From: an uncultured delta proteobacterium
Lineage (GTDB): Bacteria; Desulfobacterota; RBG-13-43-22
DNA length: 64,000 bases
Direction of reading: 5' to 3'
NCBI GenBank assembly: GCA_963790475.1
Contig: CAWBOS010000010.1
Coordinates: 32,001-96,000 of the forward strand
Both the position numbers and the translations under genes were made by a program. Shown here one piece after another: positions 29,707 to 40,724 of the stretch (its first letter is position 1; every line of letters begins with the position of its first letter). The notes under the pieces are model-generated. The model saw only the letters and a list, made by a program, of their open reading frames with translations. It had not been told where the DNA came from and ran no database searches.

Positions 29707-30471
29707 ATGGAGTTTAAAAACATACTTTTTACAAAACAGGGAAATATCGGCACACTCACTCTGAACCGTCCGCCAGCCAATGCGATAAATCTGGCAACCT
29801 TGCTTGACATTGAAAAGGCCCTTGACGAAGCGGAAGCCGACAAAGAGGTCAGGGTCATTGTTATTACAGGTGCCGGTGAAAAAGGATTCTCTGCCGGTTT
29901 CGATGTCTCCGATCCGGCCGGCGCCGGTCAGACCGGCCCCAAGGGGCAAGATGTTTGGACAAGGATCGATCGGTTTCCCAAGGTGGTGATTGCTGCCATT
30001 AACGGCTATGCCTTTGGCGGCGGTTGTGAACTGGCCATGGCCTCCACCTTCAGGGTCATGCAGGAAAACGCCAAAATAGGTCTTACCGAACTCAATCTGG
30101 GTATCATTCCCGGATGGGGGGGGACCCAGCGCATGCCCAGGATACTGGGAAAATCAAAGGCCCTGGATTTGATCCTTTTCAGCAAACGTTTATCTGCCCA
30201 GGAGGCCCTGGAAATCGGATTGGTGGATAAGGTCTCCAAGGTCGGTGAATTGATGAAAGATGTGATGGAGATGTCCGAAATTCTGGCTTCGCGGCCACCC
30301 TTGGCGGTTAAGGCCGTCCTTAATGCCGTCAATGTCGGGATCGAGAAGGGACTGGATGAGGGGATCAAAGTGGAACTGGAAGGTATCCGTTTGGTGTCCA
30401 GCTCGAAAGACGCCATGGAAGGTTTCGCCGCTTTCCTGGAAAAACGAAAACCAAATTTTAAAGGAGAATAA
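29707..30471 (+). CDS. Enoyl-CoA hydratase/isomerase (crotonase)
   Basis: LNRPPANA, FSAGFD, AAINGYAFGGGCELA, ELNLGIIPGWGGTQR, FLEKRKP.FKG. Confidence 0.93.
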   Translation: MEFKNILFTKQGNIGTLTLNRPPANAINLATLLDIEKALDEAEADKEVRVIVITGAGEKGFSAGFDVSDPAGAGQTGPKGQDVWTRIDRFPKVVIAAINGYAFGGGCELAMASTFRVMQENAKIGLTELNLGIIPGWGGTQRMPRILGKSKALDLILFSKRLSAQEALEIGLVDKVSKVGELMKDVMEMSEILASRPPLAVKAVLNAVNVGIEKGLDEGIKVELEGIRLVSSSKDAMEGFAAFLEKRKPNFKGE

Positions 30472-30492
30472 TGACCTCAGGAGGACGAAGAT

Positions 30493-31671
30493 ATGAAAGA
30501 ATGTGTATTTATCGATGGTATCCGGACAGCTAATGCCCGGGCTCACAATGAAAAGGGATGGTTTAGAAATGTCCGGCCGGACGAATTGCTGACCGTTCTT
30601 TACACCGCCCTTTTTGAGAGGAATCCCAAGGTAAAACCGGAGATGGTGGAGGGAGTGTTTATCGGTACTGCCAACCCTTCCGGAATGCAGAATGACATTG
30701 GAAGGGCGGCCTGGCTGGCTTCCGGTCTACCGGAAAGTGTGCCCTCTCAGACTATCTGCAATCAATGTCCTTCCGGGATGTCAGCCACCATGGATGCCGC
30801 CAGGGCTATCATGACCGGCGAAACGGACATTATGATCGCCGGTGGGGCTGAGGATATGGAGAAGGTGCCCATGATGGCCAATATGGATATATCGCCAAGG
30901 CTGTTTCAACGTTACAACCCCATGGAGATCCCCATGGGTGCTACAGCGGAAAAGGTGGCCGATCTATACAATGTATCCGTGGATGACATGATCAAATTTG
31001 CCATATTTTCCCATGAAGGGGCCAAAATGGCCAGGGATACGGGGAGATTTAAGAAAGAGATCATCCCGGTAAAGGGGGTGAAGGATGACGGGACCGAGTT
31101 CATGGTCGACCGGGATCAGTGGATCCGGGAATCTATGAACCCGGATGAAATGAAAGCCATGAAAACCCCCTTTAAAGAGAATGGGAAGATCACCGCCGCC
31201 TTATCGTCACCGTTGACCGCCGGCGCGGCCCTCCTGCTGATGATGAGTCGTGACAAGGCCGATGAACTGGGTCTTTCCTATAATTACAAATACAAATTCG
31301 GGGCCCAGGCCGGCAATGATCCCACCGTTATGGGTGTTGGACCTATTTTTTCCGTCAGAAAGCTTTTCGAAAAAACGGGATTAAAGCCTGAGGAAATCGG
31401 CGCGGTGGAGCTCAATGAGGCCTTTGCCAGCCAGGCCCTGGCCTGCATCAGGGAATTAAAGCTGGATGGTCAAAACGCCCCCTTCAAGAAAGTGAACACC
31501 TGGGGTGGTGCCATTGCTTTGGGACATCCCCTCGGTGAATCGGGGGCCCGTCTCCTGGTGACCCTTTTGAATCGGATGAAGACCGATTATCCCAATGAGA
31601 AATACGGACTGGCATCCCTGTGCGGCGGTTTTGGAAATTCCAACGCGGTAGTTATTGAAAAAATAAAATAG
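30493..31671 (+). CDS. Thiolase (acetyl-CoA C-acyltransferase)
   Basis: NQCPSGM, NEAFA, GGAIALGHPLG.SGAR, LCGGFG. Confidence 0.93.
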   Translation: MKECVFIDGIRTANARAHNEKGWFRNVRPDELLTVLYTALFERNPKVKPEMVEGVFIGTANPSGMQNDIGRAAWLASGLPESVPSQTICNQCPSGMSATMDAARAIMTGETDIMIAGGAEDMEKVPMMANMDISPRLFQRYNPMEIPMGATAEKVADLYNVSVDDMIKFAIFSHEGAKMARDTGRFKKEIIPVKGVKDDGTEFMVDRDQWIRESMNPDEMKAMKTPFKENGKITAALSSPLTAGAALLLMMSRDKADELGLSYNYKYKFGAQAGNDPTVMGVGPIFSVRKLFEKTGLKPEEIGAVELNEAFASQALACIRELKLDGQNAPFKKVNTWGGAIALGHPLGESGARLLVTLLNRMKTDYPNEKYGLASLCGGFGNSNAVVIEKIK

Positions 31672-31833
31672 TCGCCGATTATTAAGTTTTCACCATTAAG
31701 ATTCTATGGAAGGTTCCTACCCCTTGACGCAGAAACCTTCAATAGACCTCCATTTTTCATCAAAGTTAATTCAACCTCAAGAAACCTCTCGACCTCTTAG
31801 AACTCACAGATATTTTTCAAATGGACCGGCCCA

Positions 31834-33534
31834 ATGACCACTGCAGTTAAAAATGAATCCATGTCCCGAAAGATAATGACCAGACAGCAAAGGACGGTCA
31901 CTTTGATCGGGGCTCTGTTGTCCATGTTCATGAGTTCCCTTAATCAGACGGTAATCGGCACGGCCATGCCCCGTATCATTATCGAGCTGGGAGGATTCGC
32001 TCATTATACCTGGGTGGCCACCGGTTTTTTGATTACCTCCACCATCACCGTGCCGATTGTCGGCAAACTTTCCGATATGTACGGCCGCAAACGGTTTTAT
32101 CTCATCGGCCAGGGGATTTTTATCATCGGATCCCTGCTTTCCGGTTTTAGTCAAACCATCACCCAACTCATTTTGTTTCGCGCTTTTCAGGGCATTGGGG
32201 CCGGTATGATGATGGCCAATACCGTGGCCATTGTCGCCGATCTCTTCCCTCCTGCCGAGCGGGGGAAATATTCCGGAATGATGACCGGGATCATGGGGCT
32301 ATCGTCTATAATCGGGCCTACTCTGGGAGGATTTATAACTGATGCCCTTTCCTGGCATTGGGTCTTCTGGGTGAACATCCCTATCGGGGTTTCGATCGTT
32401 ATCCTTATTTTTTTCTTTTTTCCCGATATCAAACCGGAAAATCTTAAAGGACGTGTGGACTTTCCCGGCGTGGCGACCTTTATTTTGGCCCTGGTACCGG
32501 CTATGCTGGCTTTGTCCTGGGGCGGGGTGGAACAGCCCTGGGGTTCCGCCCCCATCCTCGGACTATTGGCTTTCTCCCTGATAATGGGCATCCTTTTTCT
32601 GATTATTGAAACCAGAACTGAGGAGCCCCTCATTCCATTATCGCTGTACAAAAACAAAATTTTCAAGATTTCTCAAATCATCATATTCCTGATGGGTATG
32701 GGGATGTTCGGCAGTCTTATCTTCATCCCCCTTTTTTTCCAGGGCGTATTGGGGGCCTCAGCCACCATCAGTGGAAGCTTCATGACTCCCATGATGCTGG
32801 GCCTGGTGGTGGGGAGTTTTACTTCCGGACAGTTCTTATCCCGGGCCGGGGGGCATTACCGCATTCAGGGCATGATCGGACTGGGGGCCATGGCTGTGGG
32901 GATGGGCCTGATTTCCAGGATGACTACTCAGACCGGGTTTTCGATGGCCGTAACCAACATTATCTTCACCGGGGTGGGCATTGGGATCATCATGCCCTGT
33001 TATACGATCGCCGTGCAGAATTCGGTTCCCTATCATCTTCTGGGGATCGCCACTTCTTTAATGGTTTTTGCCCGATCGATCGGAGGGACCCTGGGACTGG
33101 CCTTTTTAGGGGCGGTGATGAACAACCGCTTTTCTCACTACTTTTCGTATCATCTTCCCCCGGCGATAAAGGACTTGGTCACAACGACACAGGTGACTGC
33201 TTTGGCGAAGAATCCGCAGGCCCTGGTCAGCCCCAAGGCCCAGATGAGATTGAAAGCCTTTTTCGCTGGCTTTGGAAACCAAGGGGCTGCCCTATCGGAC
33301 CAGTTTCTCCAGGCTATGCGACAGGCCCTGGCCTTTGCCATATCCCAGGTTTTCACCATCGCCCTTGGCCTGATCCTCATCGGATTCATCGCCAATTTCT
33401 TTATCAAGGAAATGCCCCTGCGCAAACATCATGATTTTGCCGGACATGACAATCAAAGGACCTTCGGCCTAATAGCCTTGTTAACTCTTATTTCAGGAAG
33501 AGAAAGGGTACAGTCTTTTTATGACCGCTTCTAA
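31834..33534 (+). CDS. MFS DHA2 (EmrB/QacA-type) efflux transporter
   Basis: QTVIGTAMP, GKLSDMYGRK, FRAFQGIGAG, GPTLGG, WVFWVNIPIG; many TM segments. Confidence 0.92.
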   Translation: MTTAVKNESMSRKIMTRQQRTVTLIGALLSMFMSSLNQTVIGTAMPRIIIELGGFAHYTWVATGFLITSTITVPIVGKLSDMYGRKRFYLIGQGIFIIGSLLSGFSQTITQLILFRAFQGIGAGMMMANTVAIVADLFPPAERGKYSGMMTGIMGLSSIIGPTLGGFITDALSWHWVFWVNIPIGVSIVILIFFFFPDIKPENLKGRVDFPGVATFILALVPAMLALSWGGVEQPWGSAPILGLLAFSLIMGILFLIIETRTEEPLIPLSLYKNKIFKISQIIIFLMGMGMFGSLIFIPLFFQGVLGASATISGSFMTPMMLGLVVGSFTSGQFLSRAGGHYRIQGMIGLGAMAVGMGLISRMTTQTGFSMAVTNIIFTGVGIGIIMPCYTIAVQNSVPYHLLGIATSLMVFARSIGGTLGLAFLGAVMNNRFSHYFSYHLPPAIKDLVTTTQVTALAKNPQALVSPKAQMRLKAFFAGFGNQGAALSDQFLQAMRQALAFAISQVFTIALGLILIGFIANFFIKEMPLRKHHDFAGHDNQRTFGLIALLTLISGRERVQSFYDRF

Positions 33535-34294
33535 ACAAAAGGATTTTTCCAAGTGGGTCTGGGGGAAACAAGCGGTTCTTGAACTCCTCAGGGTCCATCC
33601 CCAAAAAGTTCATCAAGTCCTGATGAGTCCTCCTGAACAGGATCAGGAAAGAAAAGAGATAATCGATTTGTGTTCCAAAGCCGGGATTCCCGTCTCTCTA
33701 AAAGATAGAAAAGAGATAACCCGGATCCTGCCGGTCCCCGCTCATCAAAGTGTGGCGGCCCGATTGAACATCGATAATCTTTTTGTAACCCTGGAATCTT
33801 TGATCTCCGGGATGACCGTTGACCAACCGACTCCGTCGCTATTGCTGGCTGTGGACCATATCCAGGATCCCCAGAATTTAGGGGCTATGATCCGGACCGC
33901 TCATTGCACCGGAGTTCAGGGGATTATCCTGCCTAAGGACCGGTCTTGCCCGGTGTCCGGAACCGTCCGCAAGACCGCGGCCGGGGCTCTCGAATATATG
34001 CCTCTGATCCAGGTCACCAACCTGGCCAGGACCTTGGAGTTGTTGAAAGAGAGAGGATTCTGGATCCTCAGTCTGGAAGCCGATTCTCCCGTCTCTTTAT
34101 ATAGTTTGGATCTGCGAGTGCCGCTGGTAGTGGTTGTTGGCGGGGAATCCGGAGGGATTAGCTCTTTGATCCGGAAACGGTCCGATTGGCTGGCCTCCAT
34201 TCCCATGAAGGGACAGGTTACCTCTCTCAATGCCTCGGCGGCCTGTGCTGTGGTCTTGTATGAGATTCTAAGGCAAAGGCTGACAAAGCCTTAG
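33521..34294 (+). CDS. rlmB: 23S rRNA (guanosine-2251-2'-O)-methyltransferase
   Basis: SPOUT motifs IQDPQNLGAMIRTA, KTAAGALE, GGESGG, IPMKG.V.SLNAS. Confidence 0.9.
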   Translation: MTASKQKDFSKWVWGKQAVLELLRVHPQKVHQVLMSPPEQDQERKEIIDLCSKAGIPVSLKDRKEITRILPVPAHQSVAARLNIDNLFVTLESLISGMTVDQPTPSLLLAVDHIQDPQNLGAMIRTAHCTGVQGIILPKDRSCPVSGTVRKTAAGALEYMPLIQVTNLARTLELLKERGFWILSLEADSPVSLYSLDLRVPLVVVVGGESGGISSLIRKRSDWLASIPMKGQVTSLNASAACAVVLYEILRQRLTKP

Positions 34295-34350
34295 ATTGCA
34301 TTTTTCGGATTGTTATTGACAACTAATTAAAATGGTTTAAAAATATTATA

Positions 34351-34782
34351 ATGCTAAACAGATTTTTAACAGCCCTGGAGGATATATCAAGATTTTATAG
34401 CCTGACGGCCATCTATGTTTTTGGCAGTCAGGCGGTCGAAGCCGTTTCTTTCCTGCAAGGGGATGCGGGCGCATCCCTGAATCCTGAAGCAGACTTAGAT
34501 ATTGGCATACAACCCTTGAAGGACGTGCGACTTACGGCTCAAGATCGAGTGGCTATTACTCAGGCTTTAGAGGAATTGTTTAAGGCCCGGAGAGTAGACC
34601 TGGTGGTTTTACCTGAAGCCACGCCTTTTTTAGCCCTGGATATCATCAAGGGGGAACTCATCTATTGTGATGATCCGGACCGACAGGCTGAGGATGAACT
34701 TTATGTGCTGAGAAGGGCAGGGGATCTGGCCTACTATGAAAAAAAACGAAGACAGCAGATCATAAACGGAGATACTCCATGA
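34351..34782 (+). CDS. MNT (minimal nucleotidyltransferase) antitoxin, type VII TA
   Basis: YVFGS...DLDIG, VDLVVL; overlaps the HEPN gene. Confidence 0.85.
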   Translation: MLNRFLTALEDISRFYSLTAIYVFGSQAVEAVSFLQGDAGASLNPEADLDIGIQPLKDVRLTAQDRVAITQALEELFKARRVDLVVLPEATPFLALDIIKGELIYCDDPDRQAEDELYVLRRAGDLAYYEKKRRQQIINGDTP

Positions 34783-35237
34783 CTCCAAACAGGCTTCGTG
34801 TCAAGATCATTGCCGAACGCAGCGCCTGGATTTCCGAGATGATTGTGCGCCTTCGTTTATTACCACTCGAAACTCTGGAAAATTTTCAAAATGATCGGCG
34901 AAATCCGGCCGCAGCGGAATCCTATTTAAGAAGGGCACTGGAGGCCCTGTTTGATCTTGGTCGCCATATCCTGGCCAAAGGATTTGGTCAGGCAGTAAGT
35001 GAATACAAAGAGATCGCCTGTGTATTGGCCCAGCGAGGGGTATTATCAAAGGAAGATGGAAAGATTTTATTCAAAATAGCCGGGTATCGAAACCGGATGG
35101 TTCACTTTTACCAGGAAATTTCCATTCAGGAACTCTATGAAATCTGCACCAGAGACTTGAACGATGTCGAAACCCTCTTGTCGTCAATTCTGAAGTGGGT
35201 TAAAGATCATCCGGAATTGGTTGACCAAGGGCTATAA
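34779..35237 (+). CDS. HEPN (DUF86) RNase toxin
   Basis: RX4HXY motif GYRNRMVHFY; ALEALFDLGRHIL. Confidence 0.88.
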   Translation: MTPNRLRVKIIAERSAWISEMIVRLRLLPLETLENFQNDRRNPAAAESYLRRALEALFDLGRHILAKGFGQAVSEYKEIACVLAQRGVLSKEDGKILFKIAGYRNRMVHFYQEISIQELYEICTRDLNDVETLLSSILKWVKDHPELVDQGL

Positions 35238-35273
35238 GCCAATTATTAGAGCCTCTTGCAAAAGTCCAGTGAT

Positions 35274-35342
35274 GTCATTCCGGCGAAAGCCGGAATCCAG
35301 TCTTTTCAATGCATTCTGGACACCGGCTTTCGCCGGTGTGAC
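35274..35342. repeat. REP doublet
   Basis: GTCATTCCGGCGAAAGCCGGAATCCAG...CTGGACACCGGCTTTCGCCGGTGTGAC, with outer inverted repeat TCTTGCAAA / TTTGCAAGA. Confidence 0.85.
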
Positions 35343-35499
35343 GAAATTTGGGAGATTTGCAAGAACCTCATTAGAATCAAAATAAAAAAAGGTTAAGCCG
35401 CACATTTACAGTTGAGACGAACGAAACGATTTTTGGGGTAGACGAATTCGCTTAGAATGAGGGCGACCAGCTCAATCCCCTTTGGCCAGTTTTGCGTAT

Positions 35500-36048
35500 T
35501 CATACTTCTTCCTTTCTCCGGCGGGCCTCTTTCAGAATGTCCAGCATCTCCTCATCACTGACTTGTCCGAAGTCGCGGTAAAACTGGCCTACCCCTCTGA
35601 AATCAGGCGGCAAACGAAGGCAGACGGTTTCATCCGCCTCCTCGGCCAGTTGTCTGACCGCATCTTCGGGACCTACCGGGAGGGCAAGAATCAACCTGGA
35701 CGGATCTTCAAAACGGGCTGCCCGAATTGCGGTCAAAGTTGTGGCCCCGGTCGCCACCCCATCATCGGTAATGATAACCGGACGGCCTTTAACAGGCACC
35801 TTGGGCAAAATTCGGCGTATTTTCTCCGCCCGACGATTCAATTCGGATAACTGATAAGCCTTCTCCTCCTCAATCAGGTTAACGCTGATGCCCAGCAGGC
35901 GAACGATCTCGGGATCAACAAAGGTGATGCCCAACACGACTACCTTCTGTCCCTGCAGGAAATCGAGTTCCTGCGCCAGCAGAAGGCCGGCCTCCACCCG
36001 GTTTAAAAAAGATTCGCCGCTGCGAGAGACAATATGCAGTTTCCCCAT
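35500..36048 (-). CDS. Phosphoribosyltransferase-like protein, apparently internally deleted
   Basis: F.NRVEAG..LA, VIITDDGVATGAT, VGQFY.DF.QVSD; the usual PRGG...RK segment after VVLG is absent. Confidence 0.75.
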   Translation of the reverse strand: MGKLHIVSRSGESFLNRVEAGLLLAQELDFLQGQKVVVLGITFVDPEIVRLLGISVNLIEEEKAYQLSELNRRAEKIRRILPKVPVKGRPVIITDDGVATGATTLTAIRAARFEDPSRLILALPVGPEDAVRQLAEEADETVCLRLPPDFRGVGQFYRDFGQVSDEEMLDILKEARRRKEEV

Positions 36049-36057
36049 GGTGGTCGG

Positions 36058-36507
36058 TTACCCCTCAATTTTTATCTGCTTGGTTTCGGTCGCCTTTTTC
36101 TGGGGCATGGTCAGTTTCAGTACCCCATTTTGGAAAATGGCCTGCACCTTCCCCTCATCGACTTCTCCGGGCAGCCTAAGGCTCCTGGAAAAAGAACCGT
36201 ACGACGATTCCAATAGAAAGTAATTCGCCTTCTTTTCCTCAACCTTGGATTCCTTTTTCCCGCTGACGGTCAGTACATTTTTGTCAATCGTCACGGAGAT
36301 GTCCTCCTTATCGACCCCCGGGATTTCGGCCTCTAACTTGTAATTCCCCTCTTCCTCATAAAAGTTAAAGGTTGGGACCCGCTCTTCTCCCTTCATTCTC
36401 TGCCATACCGGGAAGAGGCGGTCCGACCAGACATCCCCCATGGCTTCATCCCCCCAGGGTGACATCCACCACGGCCTTCTCTCTTTCTCGATCAAGGGCA
36501 TGTTCAT
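36058..36507 (-). CDS. Hsp20/alpha-crystallin small heat-shock protein
   Basis: EIPGVDKEDI.V, LTVSG, ESSYGSFSRS.RLP, NGVL.LT.P. Confidence 0.92.
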   Translation of the reverse strand: MNMPLIEKERRPWWMSPWGDEAMGDVWSDRLFPVWQRMKGEERVPTFNFYEEEGNYKLEAEIPGVDKEDISVTIDKNVLTVSGKKESKVEEKKANYFLLESSYGSFSRSLRLPGEVDEGKVQAIFQNGVLKLTMPQKKATETKQIKIEG

Positions 36508-36934
36508 AATTATTACCTCCTTTATTTCTTAATAAAGAGTTTAACAACTAACTTTAGAAAGTAAATTACGGCAACCCGTAATTCTTTTATAAAAAAAACA
36601 GTATATTTAAGGTTGGTCATTTAAGGTCGGGCGAAACGATGAAAGGAAAAAGTATATGGAGGGTTTCAAGAGAGTCCCTTTTTGGAAAAGGAGGAGTTAG
36701 AAGGATTTAAATCTATATTCAAATTATATTTCCAGAAGTTCTCACTTTATGGAGGACGGGGGGTCTATACTGTTGCACATTTATTCCCAGAAAGTCCGCC
36801 ATCAGCCGAAGATAACAATGGGAGGAAAATTACACAAAAGAATTGCTTAACATTGAACATAGATTTATATTACTGGTATTATCCTTGAAGTCCGAGGCGG
36901 GGTTTATTAAGGCCACCAATGAGGTATTTCTAAA

Positions 36935-37636
36935 TTGAGGGATACTAATAAAACCAAGATAAAGCGGGTTCCCCATAATTTGACCCAAGACAAAAAAAGC
37001 CATTCTGGAACCAAAGCTTTGAGAAAAAATAACAAATCCGCCGCCCCTTCTCCGCTCCCCAAACCGCCTTTTGAAATCGTGGCCTTGGCCGCCTCGGCCG
37101 GCGGACTGGCGGCCATAAGTGAAGTCCTGGGGGCATTGCCGGCCGATTTCCCGGCGATCATAGTCGTGGTCCAGCACCTGGACCCCAGGCACCGCAGCCT
37201 GTTGGCCGAGATCATCAGCCGGCGAACTCCTCTGAAGGTCCAACAGGCCCAAGAGGGGGATATCTTGACGCCGTCTACCGTGTACATAGCCCCGCCCAAC
37301 AACCACCTGTTGATCAATCCCAATGGCTCCATATCCCTTTCCCAGTCGGAACTGGTCCATTTTGTTCGACCCTCGGCGGACCTGTTGTTTGAGTCCGTTG
37401 CTGCCAGTTTTCGGGAAAGGGCCATCGCCGTCATCTTAACCGGTACCGGTCATGACGGCAATATGGGGGTTAAGGCTATCAAACAGATGGGCGGTACGGT
37501 CATTGCCCAGGACGAGAAAACTTCGGATTTTTTTGGGATGCCGGAGGCCGCGATTGCCACCGGGGGTGTGGATTTTATTTTACCCTTGAAGGACATCGCC
37601 ACAGCCCTGATAACCTTAGTCATGAAAGGCTTTTAA
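36935..37636 (+). CDS. cheB: Stand-alone CheB methylesterase domain protein
   Basis: AASAGG, VVQHLDP, RPSADLLFES, LTGTGHDG, AQDEKTS.FFGMP; start uncertain. Confidence 0.88.
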   Translation: MRDTNKTKIKRVPHNLTQDKKSHSGTKALRKNNKSAAPSPLPKPPFEIVALAASAGGLAAISEVLGALPADFPAIIVVVQHLDPRHRSLLAEIISRRTPLKVQQAQEGDILTPSTVYIAPPNNHLLINPNGSISLSQSELVHFVRPSADLLFESVAASFRERAIAVILTGTGHDGNMGVKAIKQMGGTVIAQDEKTSDFFGMPEAAIATGGVDFILPLKDIATALITLVMKGF

Positions 37637-38493
37637 TGGAGAACCCTGACCCCAGTCCAAATTTGAATCCCTTTTGGATTATCTAAAGAACACCCGCAGC
37701 TTTGATTTTTCCGGTTATAAACGCAACACCCTGATCCGCCGGGTACTGAAGCGCATGCAGATGGTCGGCATTAAAGAGTTCGGCGATTATATTGATTTTC
37801 TGGAAGTCCATCCGGAGGAATTCAGCCAGCTTTTCAATACGGTCCTGATCAATGTCACCTCATTTTTTCGGGATCAGCCGGCCTGGGATGCCCTGGCCAG
37901 GGAAGTCATTCCCCGCCTGCGGGCCGGAAAATCAAAGGGCGCCGGGGACAGGGTCTGGAGTGCTGGCTGTGCCTCCGGGGAAGAGGCCTATTCCCTGGCC
38001 ATCATCCTGGCTGAGGCTTTGGGGGAAAAGGCCTTCCGTCAACGGGTCAAGATTTATGCCACCGATGTGGATGAGGAGGCCCTGGCCTAGGCCCGTCAGG
38101 CCAGTTATTCCGAAAAAGACCTGAAGCTTGTCCCGGCGGCTTTAAGGGAGAAATATTTTGAACAAGCCCAGGGCCGCTTTCTTTTCAGGATGTTACGGAA
38201 CATAGAAAAATCATAGAGGGGTACCATCGCTCCAGACAAGAACTGGACTGGGTCTTCTGCCCGATGAGGTGGCAGGTCGGCCTTTCCTGAAATTAGACAT
38301 CGGCCTGCCGGTTAAGAAACTCAAAGAACCTCTTCAGACCTTTTTACAGGGTCCCAAGAACAACCTGAAAATCCTGCTTAAGGCTGTCAATCGTAAGGGG
38401 CAGGCCATCGAATGTATGATCAGGATTGCCCCGATCATCGGCCCAAAAAAGGAACGGCAGGGATTGGTTTTGCTTATGGAGGAGGAAAAATAG
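37636..38493 (+). pseudogene. cheR: CheR-type methyltransferase-PAS protein, disrupted
   Basis: FDFSGYKR, LINVTSFFRD, VWSAGCASGEEAYS, IYATDVD; -1 frameshift near 37660, in-frame TAG at 38088, C-terminal half largely deleted, PAS remnant 38269-38493. Confidence 0.8.
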
Positions 38494-38502
38494 GATCAAA
38501 AG

Positions 38503-39881
38503 ATGGGAGACAAAAAAAAGATTAAGACGCAGTCGGTCCGGGAGCTGCCTGGCCTTCGCCGAAAGGTAAGGACGGCCCCTAAAAGGGCGTCAAAAAAGGG
38601 CCACCGCGTAGGGTCAGGAAAAGAGAAAAGATCAGCGCCACAGATTGAAATCTCAAAGGAACGACTGAAAGCGCTTCAAGAGCGGGCGGCATTATCAAAG
38701 GACCCTTTATTGACCGAAGCCATTGAAGAGCTTTCCACCAGTCTTGAAGAGCTGAGTGTATCCGGAGAGGAATTGCATCAGCAATTTGAGGAGCTGGTTG
38801 CCGCTCAGCAGGAAATAGAAGTTCAACGCCAACGCTACCAGGACTTGTTTAATTTTTCCCCGGACGGTTACCTGGTGACTTCCCCGGAAGGGATTATAAC
38901 CGAAGCCAACCGGGCGGCGGCCCTCCTTTTAGGAGTGGGACAGGAATTCTTGCCAGGGAAACCTTTTCGAGTTTTTGTTAAAGATCGAAGGGCTTTTGGA
39001 CACTTACTAAACCGGTTACAGAAAATAGAAAGGGGGAGCACCGGAGAGTGGGAAGGTCTTTTGAACGCCCGTAAGAAACCGGCCTTTTATGCCTGGATCC
39101 TCATGCCCCCGTCCATAATAATCGAGGTGAACTTATCAGCTTAAGTTGGCTGTTCCGTGATATTACCGAACGCAGGAATATGGAGGAGGCAACCCGGGAA
39201 TCAAGAAAGCAACTGCGCCTGCTCGCCTCCAAGCTCATTACCACCCAGGAAAATGAAAGGAAACGGATCGCCCTTGACGTTCATGACAGCCTGGGATCGT
39301 CCCTGGCGGCCATCAAGTACAAGGCGGAAGATGCTCTATACAATATTTCCAAGGGAAAGGCCATGAATGAATACAAACCCCTGGAGTCCATCATTGCCAT
39401 GGTCCTGGAAGTTATCAAAGACACCCGGAGAATTCAGACCAATCTGCGGCCTCCTCATTTGGACGATCTGGGTATTATAGGCACTATCTCCTGGTTCTGT
39501 CGGGAATTTCAAGCGCTTTATTCGGATATCAGGGTTGAACAAACAATTACCGTTCAGGAAAATGAAATACCCTCTCCTCTAAAAGGTGTTATTTTCAGAA
39601 TCACCCAAGAGGCGATGAATAATATCGCCAAACACGCCAGGGCGGATAATGTTCATCTCAGTTTACAAAAAGTTGATAACACCTTAGAACTGGTTATCAA
39701 GGACAATGGAGAGGGGTTTGATTTGAAAGGTCTAAACCGCAGAAAGACCCTTGGAAAAGGCCTGGGCCTTTCCAGTATGAAAGAGCGTACCGAGATATCG
39801 GGTGGCTCTCTCGGCTTGGAGTCCGCCGTAGGAAAGGGGACGGTTATCAAGGCCGGTTGGTGTCTACCTGACTTTGAATGA
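38503..39881 (+). pseudogene. PAS sensor histidine kinase (HisKA_3/NarX-type), frameshifted near 39100
   Basis: PDGYLVT..GII.EAN PAS; DITERR continues in another frame into ERKRIALDVHD, QEAMNNIAKHA, DNGEGF, GLGL. Confidence 0.75.
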
Positions 39882-39898
39882 GGATTGAGGCTTGAATC

Positions 39899-40564
39899 GT
39901 GATGTCCGGGCAATCTCGTAGAAAATTTATAACAAAGATTCTTTTAGGTTTTGGGGGAGTAGCCCTTTTGGGGGAGCCTTTGATTTCCTTTTGGGCCAGG
40001 GCCTGGGGGAAGGCTGCAAAAAAGGTTTTGCCCAAAGGAACGGATCGTAACAGTTTGATTAATGAACGTCCTCAAGATTTGGATGCCGGCAACCTTGAGG
40101 TTACCCCCACCAAAGAGTTCGGAATCATGGGATTGTCGGATCATAAAGTGGATTTAGATCAGTGGACCCTCAAAGTGAAAGGGTGGGTTAAGAACCCTTT
40201 GATCATTTCCCATAGTCAGATCAGAGCCCTCCCTTTTATCGAGAGAAAAGTTCTATTGATTTGCCCCGGATTCTTTGCCAACCAGGGCTTGTGGAAAGGG
40301 ATTTCCCTCCGGACCTTGTTGGATATGTCGGGGGCCAAGCCTGGTGTAAAATATATAACCATCAGAGGTCCGGAAGGAGATTATTCCAAGCCGGAACGTT
40401 TTCCCTTGGATGAGATCCGTTCGGATCAACTCTTTCTGGCCTATCAGGTCAACGGAGAGGACTTACCTCAAAAAAACGGATTTCCTTTGCGCCTGGTGGC
40501 TGAAAATTACTATGGCAATACCTGGGTAAAATATGTGGATACCGTCGAGGTGGATAGAATATAA
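39899..40564 (+). CDS. Tat-exported molybdopterin-dependent oxidoreductase (sulfite oxidase/MsrP-like)
   Basis: SRRKFI Tat motif, W.L.V.G.V, LICPG, WKG, AYQVNGE.LP..NGFPLRLV..YG..WVKYV. Confidence 0.85.
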   Translation: MMSGQSRRKFITKILLGFGGVALLGEPLISFWARAWGKAAKKVLPKGTDRNSLINERPQDLDAGNLEVTPTKEFGIMGLSDHKVDLDQWTLKVKGWVKNPLIISHSQIRALPFIERKVLLICPGFFANQGLWKGISLRTLLDMSGAKPGVKYITIRGPEGDYSKPERFPLDEIRSDQLFLAYQVNGEDLPQKNGFPLRLVAENYYGNTWVKYVDTVEVDRI

Positions 40565-40619
40565 GCTCTGAGTTAATCCAAAGAGAGGAGCTGACTATGA
40601 GCAAGAAAAAAGGACATCT

Positions 40620-40665
40620 GGATAACGTCTATCAACGATTCTAAACGTCTTATCAATATCTTCCT
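40620..40665 (-). pseudogene. 5' remnant of the multiheme cytochrome c gene
   Basis: GGATAACGTCTATCAACGATTCTAAACGTCTTATCAATATC nearly identical to 54965-55005. Confidence 0.75.
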
Positions 40666-40724
40666 CTGCGGTACCCTTGAGGACCCCCTCGCTTATTGAT
40701 CAAGTGTACGACCCGTGACTCACT

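Noticed and set aside
38088-38090. In-frame TAG in cheR as pyrrolysine or readthrough
   Set aside because: The gene also has a frameshift and a large deletion; a CAG-to-TAG nonsense change is simpler
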